The notes: a model not told the origin generated them from the sequence alone. A stretch of 48,823 nucleotides of DNA from an uncultured Acidimicrobiales bacterium (GCA_964445255.1 CAYUKM010000002.1:1-48823); one strand, 5' to 3'; shown: positions 26,210-35,486, counted from the stretch's first letter. Numbers and translations are program-made.

Positions 26210-27044
26210 CGGTCTCGATCTGCGGGTCATCGCGGTCGAGCCAGCCGCTCCAACTGCCGACATAGAGCTTGGCCTTGCCGAGCCCGGCGAGTTCCGCTGC
26301 GAGCAGGTTGTGACACGCGGTGACCCCGGATCCGCAGTAGAAGATGGTGTCGGCGTCGACCTCTTCTTCCCTGAAACGACTGGTCAGTTCCTGGATCGAC
26401 ACGAGCGATCCGTCTTCGAGGTTCTCCGCGAATGGAAGGTTGATCGCACCGGGGATGTGCCCGGCGATGGGGTCGATCGGTTCGGTCCTGCCCTCGTAAC
26501 GATCGGCGCCTCGGCTGTCGACGACCAGTCCCCGGGCTTCGATCACCGCGGCGACGTCATCGGCGGTAGCGAGAGCGTCAGGTGGGAACGGTCGCGCCGG
26601 AGTCGTTACCCCATCGAAGGTCGGATCGTCGGATTCGAGTGGCTCGTCCCAGGCCGCGATTCCCCCGTCGAGTACCGCGGCCGGTTGCCCCAGGATGCGG
26701 AGCATCCACACGAACCGCGCCGCGATCGCGCCACCCACATCGTCATAGGCCACAACCGTCGTGTCTTCACTGATGCCCGCTCGCCCAAGAGCGTCCGCGA
26801 ACGCAGAAGGATCGGGCAGTGGATGACGACCTTTGCCGGTGCCGACCTCGACCGGCCCCGAGACCACCGTCTCGAGATCGATGTGTCGAGCGCCAGGAAT
26901 GTGGCCAGCACGATACGCGTCGATCCCCTCCCGGTCGTCGAGATATGACCGACAGTCGCAGACGACTAGGTCAGATCCGACCGCATTGAGCATGTCGCGA
27001 AGCGCATCGACATCGATGAAAGGAGGGAGCTGGTTTCCTGTCAT
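26190..27044 (-). CDS. sseA: Thiosulfate/3-mercaptopyruvate sulfurtransferase (tandem rhodanese)
   Basis: 284 aa. The active-site loop is FYCGSGVTACH, with AYRAGHIPGARH and IAGHIPGAIN. The 3' end overlaps the convergent gene by 20 nt. Confidence 0.9.
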   Translation of the reverse strand: MTGNQLPPFIDVDALRDMLNAVGSDLVVCDCRSYLDDREGIDAYRAGHIPGARHIDLETVVSGPVEVGTGKGRHPLPDPSAFADALGRAGISEDTTVVAYDDVGGAIAARFVWMLRILGQPAAVLDGGIAAWDEPLESDDPTFDGVTTPARPFPPDALATADDVAAVIEARGLVVDSRGADRYEGRTEPIDPIAGHIPGAINLPFAENLEDGSLVSIQELTSRFREEEVDADTIFYCGSGVTACHNLLAAELAGLGKAKLYVGSWSGWLDRDDPQIETATGGVG

Positions 27045-27087
27045 GAACGCGACCCTAGAACTCGCGTCCGCGTTTGGCCAAGAATGA

Positions 27088-28692
27088 CTAACGGCCGTCG
27101 ACCGACCAGTGCCATGGCTCTGACGGCAGGTTGAACAGGCCGTAGATCCCGGCGTGCTGTTCGAGCCACACGAACGCGGGGTCGAGGCGAGTGATCACAC
27201 GACCTTCGATGTGGAAATCGATCGCAAGACCAAGCTCATGACGAGAATGACCCGGACGTGCGGTCGGCGGACTGCACTCCGACGACGGCGTCTCCCATGG
27301 GTCTTCACAGTTCTGGATGCGCAACTCGATCTGGCGCTCATTGCTACGCCAACCCCAACCGTCTAGCTCTACGCCATCTTCGCGAGCATCCTGAAGCATC
27401 TCCTCGAGCGCGTCGGCGATCAGGACGTTCACCAAGATGCCCTCCACCCGAATAAGTTCGATGTCTTGACCGTTCGCAGCCGTTAGCGACTCGGGAATCA
27501 ATTCGGTCTGGCCGAGATCTTGCACTCCTTCGGCGTCCTCGACTTCCTCGACCGGTTCCTCGCTATCGGGGATCCCGAACAGCGTCAGTTCGGGCGGTTC
27601 GATTGCGTTCCATATCTCGTCGATGCCGTCGTCGGTTCCGACTACCACAACGCTGCCTTCGATGCTCCCGAACCGGTCATAGAACTCGACCACATCGACC
27701 TCATCGTTCAACGGGTGGCGGATGGCGATCGAGTCATAGCCATCGTCGTTCCAATCGCCGACGAGCGCCTCGGCACCTCGGGAGACCTCGACTCGGACCT
27801 GCGCCCCGTAAGGACGGCCGTCTTCATCGAGCGGTATCGCCACGGCAATTGGCGACATCCACATAAAGGAACTTCCTGTGAGTTCGAAGACTGCAGAGGT
27901 TTCAACTCCATCGCCATTCCAGTCGCCTAGGAGTTCGGGTGAATCGTCATCGTCGGCGTCGAGATTGACGAATAGATGGTCGAACGGATCGAGGGGCTCT
28001 TCGACCTCGGCGATGTCTTCTTTGCCCTCGGCGTCGTCTTCTTTCGACATGTCCGCAACAAATGGACTGTCAGCGAGAATTTCGGTGTAGAGGTCTAGGA
28101 CCCGTTTAGCGAGTGCGTCGCTCCCCGTGTAGTTACGCACCGCAATCGCCTCGTTGTCGGGGAGGCCTGCACCCATCGCACACAAGAAACTGGCGGCGGC
28201 CGCAGATGCATCCCAAAGGTTGTGCGGATCTTCGACACCGTCGAGGTTCGCGTCCGATCCGTACAGACGCCACGAGATCGGGAGCAACTGGAAGGGGCCA
28301 ACCGGTCGGTCCCAGAATTCGTCATCGTCGATCGCACCGAAGTCGGTGTCGAAGAGGGTCGCGAGGTTCGCCCGACTGCCGTCGCCCCGCTCGCCGTACA
28401 GTGCCGGTGTCAGCCTGCCGTTCGCGTCGTAACTGTGCCCGTCGATGTTTCCGTGATAGGAGGCGGCGTGCCCTACCGCCGAGAGCAATTCGGGGGATAG
28501 GCCACACGACGATCCGCTAGCCGCCCATTCGTAGACCACGAACGGGTCCAAGGTCGGCGCGTCGTCGGCGACATTGTCGTCTGCATCGAAATCGAGTTCT
28601 TGACCTGAGGCAATACCAATGGTGAGCAGTGTTGCTCCCAAGAACACCGCTAGCCAGAACAGAAGCCAGAACGATTGAATTTTAAGTTGCAT
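27088..28692 (-). CDS. Secreted peptidoglycan hydrolase fusion: lytic transglycosylase-like + FG-GAP/VCBS-like repeats + M15B (VanY-type) D,D-carboxypeptidase
   Basis: 534 aa with an N-terminal TM/signal (MQLKIQSFWLLFWLAVFLGATLL). LT-like motifs are GPFQLLPISWRLYGSDANLDGVEDPHNLWDASAAAASFLC. Repeats read GDWNGDGVETSAVF and VGDWNDDGYDSIAI. VanY-like motifs are GWRSNERQ, GHSRHELGLAIDF and SEPWHW. Confidence 0.85.
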   Translation of the reverse strand: MQLKIQSFWLLFWLAVFLGATLLTIGIASGQELDFDADDNVADDAPTLDPFVVYEWAASGSSCGLSPELLSAVGHAASYHGNIDGHSYDANGRLTPALYGERGDGSRANLATLFDTDFGAIDDDEFWDRPVGPFQLLPISWRLYGSDANLDGVEDPHNLWDASAAAASFLCAMGAGLPDNEAIAVRNYTGSDALAKRVLDLYTEILADSPFVADMSKEDDAEGKEDIAEVEEPLDPFDHLFVNLDADDDDSPELLGDWNGDGVETSAVFELTGSSFMWMSPIAVAIPLDEDGRPYGAQVRVEVSRGAEALVGDWNDDGYDSIAIRHPLNDEVDVVEFYDRFGSIEGSVVVVGTDDGIDEIWNAIEPPELTLFGIPDSEEPVEEVEDAEGVQDLGQTELIPESLTAANGQDIELIRVEGILVNVLIADALEEMLQDAREDGVELDGWGWRSNERQIELRIQNCEDPWETPSSECSPPTARPGHSRHELGLAIDFHIEGRVITRLDPAFVWLEQHAGIYGLFNLPSEPWHWSVDGR

Positions 28693-28716
28693 GGCTAACG
28701 GCCGGTCTTTCCGTGC

Positions 28717-28772
28717 AAAGAATAAAACTGGCGTAGCGACGCCCCGTGTAACGAAGAATCACGGGGCGCCGC
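28717..28772 (-). terminator. Intrinsic terminator after the tandem secreted paralogs
   Basis: On the minus strand, GCGGCGCCCCGTG-(11 nt)-CACGGGGCGTCGC forms the stem (28772-28736, one mismatch). It is followed by TACGCCAGTTTTATTCTTTG. Confidence 0.6.
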
Positions 28773-28820
28773 ATGCCTTATTCGAACCGCGAGTACCAAC
28801 GGTTCGTTAGTAAGTGACCG

Positions 28821-30320
28821 CTATAGGAAACGGTGCACGATTGGGCAATTGATGATGATGCCGGTGGAGCCATATGGGGCACCGCCGGGACCAGTGAGCC
28901 ATCCGTCTTCGACGAAACCGAGGATCTGGAATTCCTCAGTCGCGCGACTCGGAACGCCACGATCAATTGCTTCTTGTGTCCACTCACCGAGGTTCAGGTC
29001 CCAAAGTGGGCTGTAGTCGGTGGCGATGGTTGGGATACCACCAAGCACGTTGAGGGGTTCGCCCTCGCCGAGGATGGCGCTGTTGAAGCCTTGGCGGCCT
29101 GGGTTGATGGTGCCATCAGCGGCGTTGGTTGGACCGTTGGTGAATCCGAAGATTCGCTCGACGGAGCTGAACAACGAGTCGTCGCGGCCAACTGGGATGT
29201 TGTTCAACGCAGGAGCGTAAACAGCTTCCTCAAGAGCAGCAGCGATTGGTGCGTTGGTGTCCATCGAGAGGTACAGCACCGGACGACCGAAGCTGAATCC
29301 TGGAACCAGCTCCAAGGTGACGGTGCCGGGCTCGCCGGCCTCGTCGCCTGGGCAAATCGACACGACGGAGTCGTGAACGAAGTCGTAGTCGATGTCGCCA
29401 CCGCACATTCCCTGCAGCGTCGTCAGAGATGCATTCGACACCGCTGGCGCGTTGTAGGTGTGACCACCGGCGTTGGAGATCAACGTCAACGGGCTGTAGA
29501 AGCCGTCGGCGTCGCCAACGTCAGTGCCGACAGCACCTGGGGTGAAGTCCAGGCTGTCAAGCAGGTTGTTGGTTCCGCTTGCGTCGGTGCTTCCAGGCGA
29601 AACGCTCAAATCCGGTGCAAAGTCGACGAATCCGCTTTGGAATACGAGGACTCCATCACGGTCGAAGAATGAACGACGGACGCTCGTGCTCAAGAAGAAG
29701 TCGGTTTGCTCCGGCGGAAGGTTGCTGTAGTTGAGCTTCGGAGAGAAGTTCAAACCAAGCGCATCCGCGTTGCCCTCATCGGACGTGTCGGTGACGATGT
29801 ACCAAATGTTGCGCCCAGAGTTTGGACCGTTCGATGCGAGACGGCCTTGGTAGAGCGGCAACGTAATGGTGCTCTCGTCCTCGTCGAGCGTTCCTGCGGT
29901 CAGCAGCTGAAGCGGACCAACGAGGTTCTCGTTGACCGAAGTCGGCGGCGGACCAAAGTACGTGACGGGAACGTCAGCGCCAATCGATGGAGGTGAAGGT
30001 CGAACGTCATCTTCGTCTTCGATCTCCTCCAACTCGTTGGGATCGTTAACCTCGACTCCGGTGAGTGCACGGGTCTCATCGGCGGTTTCGGCTGCGATAG
30101 CCGCAGCGCTTTCACCTCCGGCGGTTGGTGGCAGTTCGACGCCTTCGACCACGATCGGGCCGTCAGCTTCTTCTGCTGCTGCTTCAACTTCTACTTCCTC
30201 AACCTCTTCGGGTACGGGAGTTGGGTTACTGGGTTCTTGTGCTGCAGCGATGCCGCATGCAGCAGCGACCATGGCCAGCAATAGAAATACTGGCAAGAGT
30301 TTTTTGTTCATCATTTTCAT
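28821..30320 (-). CDS. Secreted protein of unknown family, paralog B (with acidic N-terminal extension)
   Basis: 499 aa. Signal peptide MKMMNKKLLPVFLLLAMVAAACGIAAAQ, with AAGGAGGA SD upstream. Shares DDVRPSPPSIGADVPVTYFGPPP, HDSVVSICPGDE, TDYSPLWDLNLGEW and the terminal IINCPIVHRFL with 30346..31569. Confidence 0.85.
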   Translation of the reverse strand: MKMMNKKLLPVFLLLAMVAAACGIAAAQEPSNPTPVPEEVEEVEVEAAAEEADGPIVVEGVELPPTAGGESAAAIAAETADETRALTGVEVNDPNELEEIEDEDDVRPSPPSIGADVPVTYFGPPPTSVNENLVGPLQLLTAGTLDEDESTITLPLYQGRLASNGPNSGRNIWYIVTDTSDEGNADALGLNFSPKLNYSNLPPEQTDFFLSTSVRRSFFDRDGVLVFQSGFVDFAPDLSVSPGSTDASGTNNLLDSLDFTPGAVGTDVGDADGFYSPLTLISNAGGHTYNAPAVSNASLTTLQGMCGGDIDYDFVHDSVVSICPGDEAGEPGTVTLELVPGFSFGRPVLYLSMDTNAPIAAALEEAVYAPALNNIPVGRDDSLFSSVERIFGFTNGPTNAADGTINPGRQGFNSAILGEGEPLNVLGGIPTIATDYSPLWDLNLGEWTQEAIDRGVPSRATEEFQILGFVEDGWLTGPGGAPYGSTGIIINCPIVHRFL

Positions 30321-30345
30321 TATTTGTCCTCCTTATCTTTCGCGG

Positions 30346-31569
30346 TTACAGGAACCGGTGGACGATTGGGCAGTTGATGATGAAGCCGGATGAGCCATAG
30401 GGGGTTCCTCCGGGGCCGGTGAGCCAGCCGCGTTCCACGTATCCGAGGATCTGGAACTCTTCTGTAAGTCGTTGGTCGTATCCACGCTCGAGCGCCTCAG
30501 CGGTCCACTCGCCGACGTTCAGATCCCAAAGTGGGCTGTAGTCGGTAGCGATGGTTGGGATACCGCCGAGCACGTTGAGGGGGCCGCCCTCGCCGCGAAC
30601 TGCGCTCTCAAAACCTTGACGCTGCGGGTTAGCGGTGCCGTCTTCGAAGTTGGTTGGGCCATTGGACCAACCAAAGATGCGCTCTACTGGGCTGAACAGC
30701 GAGTCGTCACTACCTACCTGGATGTCGAGCAGACCAGGAGCGAAGATCGCACCTTCAAGGGCTGCAGGAAGTGGGTGGTTGGTGTCGGTCGACATGTACA
30801 GCACTGGACGAGCGAAGCTGAATCCAGCTTCCAACTCAACCGTTACCGTGCCGGGCTCGTCTGGCTCATCGCCAGGGCAGATCGCTACGACAGAGTCGTG
30901 GACGAGGCTGTGGTCTACGCCGCCTTCGCAGAAGTCAATCTGGTCAGGGGTTACGTCGAATGCCATGGTTGGCGCGTTGTAGACGTGGTCACCTGCGTTA
31001 GTGATCTTCACGAGTGGGGTGTAGAGCTCATCGCCGACTGCGCCGGGGCTGAAGTCCGCCGGTGGGAAGGCGTTAGGGCTTCCCGGCGTGATGCTTAGCT
31101 CAGGCGAGAAGTCAACGCCGCCGCCCTGGAAGGTCAAGATGCCGTCGCGGTCGTATTCCGCGTCGCGCACCGCACGACCATCGTCAGCGAAGGTGAGCTT
31201 TGGCGAATGGTTGAGACCAAGCGCTGCAGCGGTATCGCCGTCGGTGGTGTCGGTGACGATGTAGTAGACGCTCTCACCGGTTTCGGCGATGCGGCCGTAA
31301 TACAGCGGCAGTTCGATCGTTCCGGCGTCCTCATCAAGGACACCCGAAAGAAGCAGCTGAAGATCACCAATGAGCTCGGGCTCCACCGAAGACGGTGGAG
31401 GACCGAAGTAGGTCACGGGAATATCAGCACCAATTGATGGAGGCGACGGACGTACATCGTCGTCACCTTGCCCATCCGCATCTTGGGCGGTGGCTGTGCC
31501 GCCAAACGATGCGAGGAGGAGGCTGGCTATAGCAAATAGCAGCATCCCCTTTCGCTTACGTAATTTCAT
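30346..31569 (-). CDS. Secreted protein of unknown family, paralog A
   Basis: 407 aa. Signal peptide MKLRKRKGMLLFAIASLLLASFGGTATAQ, with AGGGAGAG SD upstream. Carries the same conserved blocks as paralog B and ends FIINCPIVHRFL. Confidence 0.85.
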   Translation of the reverse strand: MKLRKRKGMLLFAIASLLLASFGGTATAQDADGQGDDDVRPSPPSIGADIPVTYFGPPPSSVEPELIGDLQLLLSGVLDEDAGTIELPLYYGRIAETGESVYYIVTDTTDGDTAAALGLNHSPKLTFADDGRAVRDAEYDRDGILTFQGGGVDFSPELSITPGSPNAFPPADFSPGAVGDELYTPLVKITNAGDHVYNAPTMAFDVTPDQIDFCEGGVDHSLVHDSVVAICPGDEPDEPGTVTVELEAGFSFARPVLYMSTDTNHPLPAALEGAIFAPGLLDIQVGSDDSLFSPVERIFGWSNGPTNFEDGTANPQRQGFESAVRGEGGPLNVLGGIPTIATDYSPLWDLNVGEWTAEALERGYDQRLTEEFQILGYVERGWLTGPGGTPYGSSGFIINCPIVHRFL

Positions 31570-31848
31570 CTAACTCTCCCTTTGCTTGCAGCGCTTCAGT
31601 GTTGAAGCGACTGAAAAGCGAGCAGCCCGGGAGATAGCACAACGTAAAACATCAAAACAGGGCGCGAAAAGCAGCGGTAGCCACCATATCAAGCACGTGT
31701 GAGCGAGGAAAACCCGCTACAAGAAACCAAACCCGATCTTAGCAAGATATTACAGACCCTTATAGGGCCTTTTCTTCAGAGCCGATTTCTGGCATAATGG
31801 ATGATGCAAAAGTATCCAGCACGCACCATGTTGTGTTGTTTGGTTACG

Positions 31849-31912
31849 TTGACCCACCCTCCATTGGGCCGTTCGCAAAAGTGAACCTATTCGCCAATTG
31901 AGGGTGGGTCAA
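31849..31912. repeat. 19-nt inverted repeat (one mismatch) with a 26-nt spacer in an AT-richer intergenic region
   Basis: TTGACCCACCCTCCATTGG (31849-31867) pairs with CCAATTGAGGGTGGGTCAA (31894-31912). The outer 13 nt are perfect. Confidence 0.7.
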
Positions 31913-32026
31913 TCTTCTTTAAGGCAATCCATGACATGTTTACACGCCCTTAAGATCTAGAAGTCTATAACGGTCACGTCGTGATCAAAGACGGTCAACT
32001 AGCGGCAAATTTGACTCGTGGTGACC

Positions 32027-32713
32027 TTATCCCGGTGCATCGATAGCGAAGGTCTCCGGGTTCCACACGCCGAGGTCGGCGGCGACCTCTACCCCAACCG
32101 TGAAGTCACGAAAGGGTTCGTCGAATGACGAGAGAAAGCCGGGCTGTACCGTTTGGAAGTTCCGCGCCAGGTTGGGGTCGAACACGAACGAGTTCGTGAA
32201 TGGGTTTGTGGCAACCACCGACTCGCCCGTAGCTGGGTCTCTCTCGGCTCGCAACGGATTAGATCCTTGGTCGGAAAGCACAATGTTTACGAGCGCTGCG
32301 AACTCGACCGAGTCCGGCTCCAGCGGGTTGATCTCGCCGGCCGCTATCGCCTCGTTAATGCTGTTGATCGCAGGATCTGCAAGCGAGGCCAGTTGGAAGG
32401 TCTCGTCCTCCTGCTCCAAGAGAAAGTCGACGAGCGCAGTACTGCGGATATGCATTGTGGCGAGCGTTCGCAGCCGGTCGTCATTAACCACAACGGGCTC
32501 GCCATCGAAGTCTGTGCCCACCGCCAGAGCCGCAGCCAGATTCATGAGCTGACCTTGAGTAAGGGGAGCACTCGCACTGTTCACTGCCAGCTCCTCACCA
32601 GCGGCAATGGCAGCCTCAGCCTCGGGGTTCGCTGAATCAGAGCCGCCCGAGCAGGCAGCCAGCACCAATGCCATCAATAGGAAGAGAACCCGATATCGCC
32701 GTGAAGAACCCAT
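32027..32713 (-). CDS. Lipoprotein, unknown function
   Basis: 228 aa, MGSSRRYRVLFLLMALVLAACSGGSD, with lipobox LAAC. Confidence 0.8.
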   Translation of the reverse strand: MGSSRRYRVLFLLMALVLAACSGGSDSANPEAEAAIAAGEELAVNSASAPLTQGQLMNLAAALAVGTDFDGEPVVVNDDRLRTLATMHIRSTALVDFLLEQEDETFQLASLADPAINSINEAIAAGEINPLEPDSVEFAALVNIVLSDQGSNPLRAERDPATGESVVATNPFTNSFVFDPNLARNFQTVQPGFLSSFDEPFRDFTVGVEVAADLGVWNPETFAIDAPG

Positions 32714-33115
32714 AGCGGCTCACATTAGGAAAAGAGCCGTGGCTAAACCTAGGTGGACCGCCAGGTTCTTACACCAAGTTCACCCACCCAGGTCGAGTCT
32801 TCCGCGGAGCTAATGAGGTCGCCGTCGAGACGGGCAGACGGCGCCCCGCAGGACCAGTTGCGGGACGCCATGTGCCTGTGGCGGACAACGCGGTGGCTTT
32901 GCATTGTCCGCTGGATCACTGAGCTACATGCCAATGAACTCTTGTGAAGGTATTTTCCGGTCGCGTCTGTGAGCAACGCAAAGGACGGTGGTTCACAACC
33001 TCTTTCGCGCGCGTTAAGAAGCGTCAGTCGATTGCGGTCAAGGGTGAGTACATCCGGGTCAAAATGCGAACGTCTAGCGATCGATAGTGGACAAACTCCT
33101 GCTAGGAAGAACGCC

Positions 33116-33397
33116 ATGTTGAACGTAAATGAGTACTTCGATGGCAACGTAAAGTCCGTGGGCTTCCAAGGAGAGGAGCTGGCCTCCTCGATTGGGGTGA
33201 TGGCCCCCGGAGAGTACGAGTTCGGTACCAGCCAGAACGAAGTAATGACCGTTATCGCTGGCGAGCTCGTCGTCTCGTTGCCCGGATCCGACGACTTCAC
33301 CGCCTACGAAGCAGGCGCAAGCTTCGAGGTCGCTGCCGACGAGAAGTTCCAAGTGAAGGTCGAACGCGACACTGCCTACCTCTGCACCTACGAATAA
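33116..33397 (+). CDS. ppnP: Pyrimidine/purine nucleoside phosphorylase PpnP (DUF1255/YaiE)
   Basis: Internal ATG 33116 of ORF 32969..33397, behind AGGAAGA. The 93-aa sequence [17 protein letters not shown]...[20 protein letters not shown]...YLCTYE is typical of the family. Confidence 0.87.
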   Translation: MLNVNEYFDGNVKSVGFQGEELASSIGVMAPGEYEFGTSQNEVMTVIAGELVVSLPGSDDFTAYEAGASFEVAADEKFQVKVERDTAYLCTYE

Positions 33398-33470
33398 ACA
33401 CGCGGCATTGCTGCGACTATGCTCAACCTTTGCCGGGCGGCATGATCACGATCTTTAGGACGAGACTTTG

Positions 33471-35087
33471 ATGAACGCCAAGGCACACCGAGCACCACGG
33501 GTACTGGTAGTTACGACCGTTGTCGCAGGCCTACTCGCAGCGGCCTTCTCCGCATCGGCTGGCGCCGCCGACGTTGGTCTCGCCGACCGGGCGCCCGATC
33601 GCCTCGCTGTTGGCGGGGTGCTGCATAGCTATGACCCCGGTTGGGACGACGGGCTGTACGCCCAAACCGCGGCCACCGAGTTCGACGCCATCACCGCAAC
33701 GGCATACATGCCGTTCGGTGTTCACCCAGCTCCCGACCAAATCGACACCGAACCCCTTGAGCAGGTCGTCGAATGGGCTGGCGAGCGAGATCTTCGAGTC
33801 CACGGCCATCCGCTCCTCTACCCCTTGGTGAATCAACGGCTCGATTGGTACACCGATCTCGAAAGCGGACACCGAGAGGTGCTCGAGAACTACGTGCGGA
33901 CCGTCGCCGGATCTACCGCAGGTGACGTTTGGGTTTGGGATGTTGTCAACGAGCTGTTCGCCGACCCCGGTGACCCACAGGTCGACAGCCGAGGACTCCG
34001 CACGAGCTACCTCGAGTACGACGTGTTCAACGGCAACTACGACGACGTGTTCCGCTGGGCACGAGAGGCCGACCCCAACGCGAAGCTCATCCTGAACGAC
34101 TACGGCGCCGAGGAACTCACCGCGAAGGCAGACAACATCTTGGCCGAGGTCATCGCCATGCGAGACCGAGGCGTGCCCATCGACGGTGTTGGATTCCAGT
34201 TTCACCTCGGCACCGACCCCGACTTCTGGAGCATTCGCCAGAACCTGCAACGCTTCGCCGACGCCGGCTTCGACCTCTACATCACCGAAGTGGATGTCGA
34301 GATCGTGAACCGACCCTCGGGCAACGAAGCCCTCACCCGGGACGAGCGCCTCCTGCAACGCGCGATCTTCGAAGAGGTCACCCGCATCGCGCTCGAGCAA
34401 CCCGCGGTGAAGTCACTGCTGTTGTGGGACTTCGCCGATGAGCGATCGTGGCTGCATCCTGCTCGGGACGCTGGCGGCCCGGTGCCTCAGGGACTCTACG
34501 CCTACCCGGCAATCTTCAACGAGCCGTCCATCGGCGAGGCACTGCGACCCAAGGCCGGCTACCGCGGCATGATCGAAGCGTTCGAGGATCACCTCGACAA
34601 CCCGATCCGTCGAGCCGACACTCGCCGATTGCAGGTAGAGAGCGGAGCCGACGAGTTGTTCTTCGGCAGGGGTGCAGCGACTACGTCAAACGAGGTGCCG
34701 GGCGATGGAACCTTTGTCGGTGAGCTCACGCCCGCCCGCGAAGACTGGCTCGCCTTGCAGTGGACCTTCGAACCGGTCGACGACAATGTGTTCCGCATCC
34801 GCTCCGCGTGGCCAGACGAGAACGGCGACTACGACTACCTCACCCGCGTCGGGAACCCGACGGGCGGCAGCAACTTCGAACCCACCGACCAGATCGCGCT
34901 TCAGTCACTCAACGTCAACTGGCCTAGCCAGATGTGGCGGCTCGAACGGCTGGGCAACTTCCGCTTCCGAGTGATCAACATGTGGGAGCCCCACACCGGC
35001 GCGCTCACGAACGCCTCCGACGGCCCGCGCCTAGACATAGCGGGTGCGCCAGAAGAATCCCAAAGCTGGAAAATCCCGCGGTTGTAA
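33471..35087 (+). CDS. Secreted GH10 endo-1,4-beta-xylanase with C-terminal ricin-type (CBM13-like) lectin domain
   Basis: Signal peptide MNAKAHRAPRVLVVTTVVAGLLAAAFSASAGA. Acid/base motif VWDVVNELF and nucleophile motif LYITEVDV. C-terminal QxW-like triplet LQWTF, QMWRL, QSWKI. Confidence 0.9.
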   Translation: MNAKAHRAPRVLVVTTVVAGLLAAAFSASAGAADVGLADRAPDRLAVGGVLHSYDPGWDDGLYAQTAATEFDAITATAYMPFGVHPAPDQIDTEPLEQVVEWAGERDLRVHGHPLLYPLVNQRLDWYTDLESGHREVLENYVRTVAGSTAGDVWVWDVVNELFADPGDPQVDSRGLRTSYLEYDVFNGNYDDVFRWAREADPNAKLILNDYGAEELTAKADNILAEVIAMRDRGVPIDGVGFQFHLGTDPDFWSIRQNLQRFADAGFDLYITEVDVEIVNRPSGNEALTRDERLLQRAIFEEVTRIALEQPAVKSLLLWDFADERSWLHPARDAGGPVPQGLYAYPAIFNEPSIGEALRPKAGYRGMIEAFEDHLDNPIRRADTRRLQVESGADELFFGRGAATTSNEVPGDGTFVGELTPAREDWLALQWTFEPVDDNVFRIRSAWPDENGDYDYLTRVGNPTGGSNFEPTDQIALQSLNVNWPSQMWRLERLGNFRFRVINMWEPHTGALTNASDGPRLDIAGAPEESQSWKIPRL

Positions 35088-35114
35088 GTGACGAACGGGG
35101 CAGACCCCATTCAT

Positions 35115-35339
35115 TTACGCGTCGACGAGTTCTCGAACCGGTTCGGCGTCCTGGACGAGTAGAGGCTCGGGTTCTTCGAAGGTCGGCACCGCGGGGCGAC
35201 CGCTGCCGACCGGGCGCCGCATCATCGTGATCGCGTAGGTGACGGCGGCCCGCACATTGGTGCGCGGTAAAAACAACAGCAGACCGACCATGCAGGTCGT
35301 AAGGCTGATTGCGGCGTTACCGGTCGTCACCAAATTCAT
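35115..35339 (-). CDS. Small hypothetical membrane protein
   Basis: 74 aa, with high GC3 in this frame and a hydrophobic N-terminus (AAISLTTCMVGLLLFL). No homology recognised. Confidence 0.45.
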   Translation of the reverse strand: MNLVTTGNAAISLTTCMVGLLLFLPRTNVRAAVTYAITMMRRPVGSGRPAVPTFEEPEPLLVQDAEPVRELVDA

Positions 35340-35486
35340 GCTTCAACGGTAGCCGCCAGTCGACCGCCGAAGGCTTCGCGCGGCCAAAGGGGTCCAACGA
35401 GCACTCTGCTCGCCGACACGCTCCGACCGGTGGACACCCAGCTACCTACACGTAGCCGTCACCCCTTGAACCCACCCAGACCCCTA

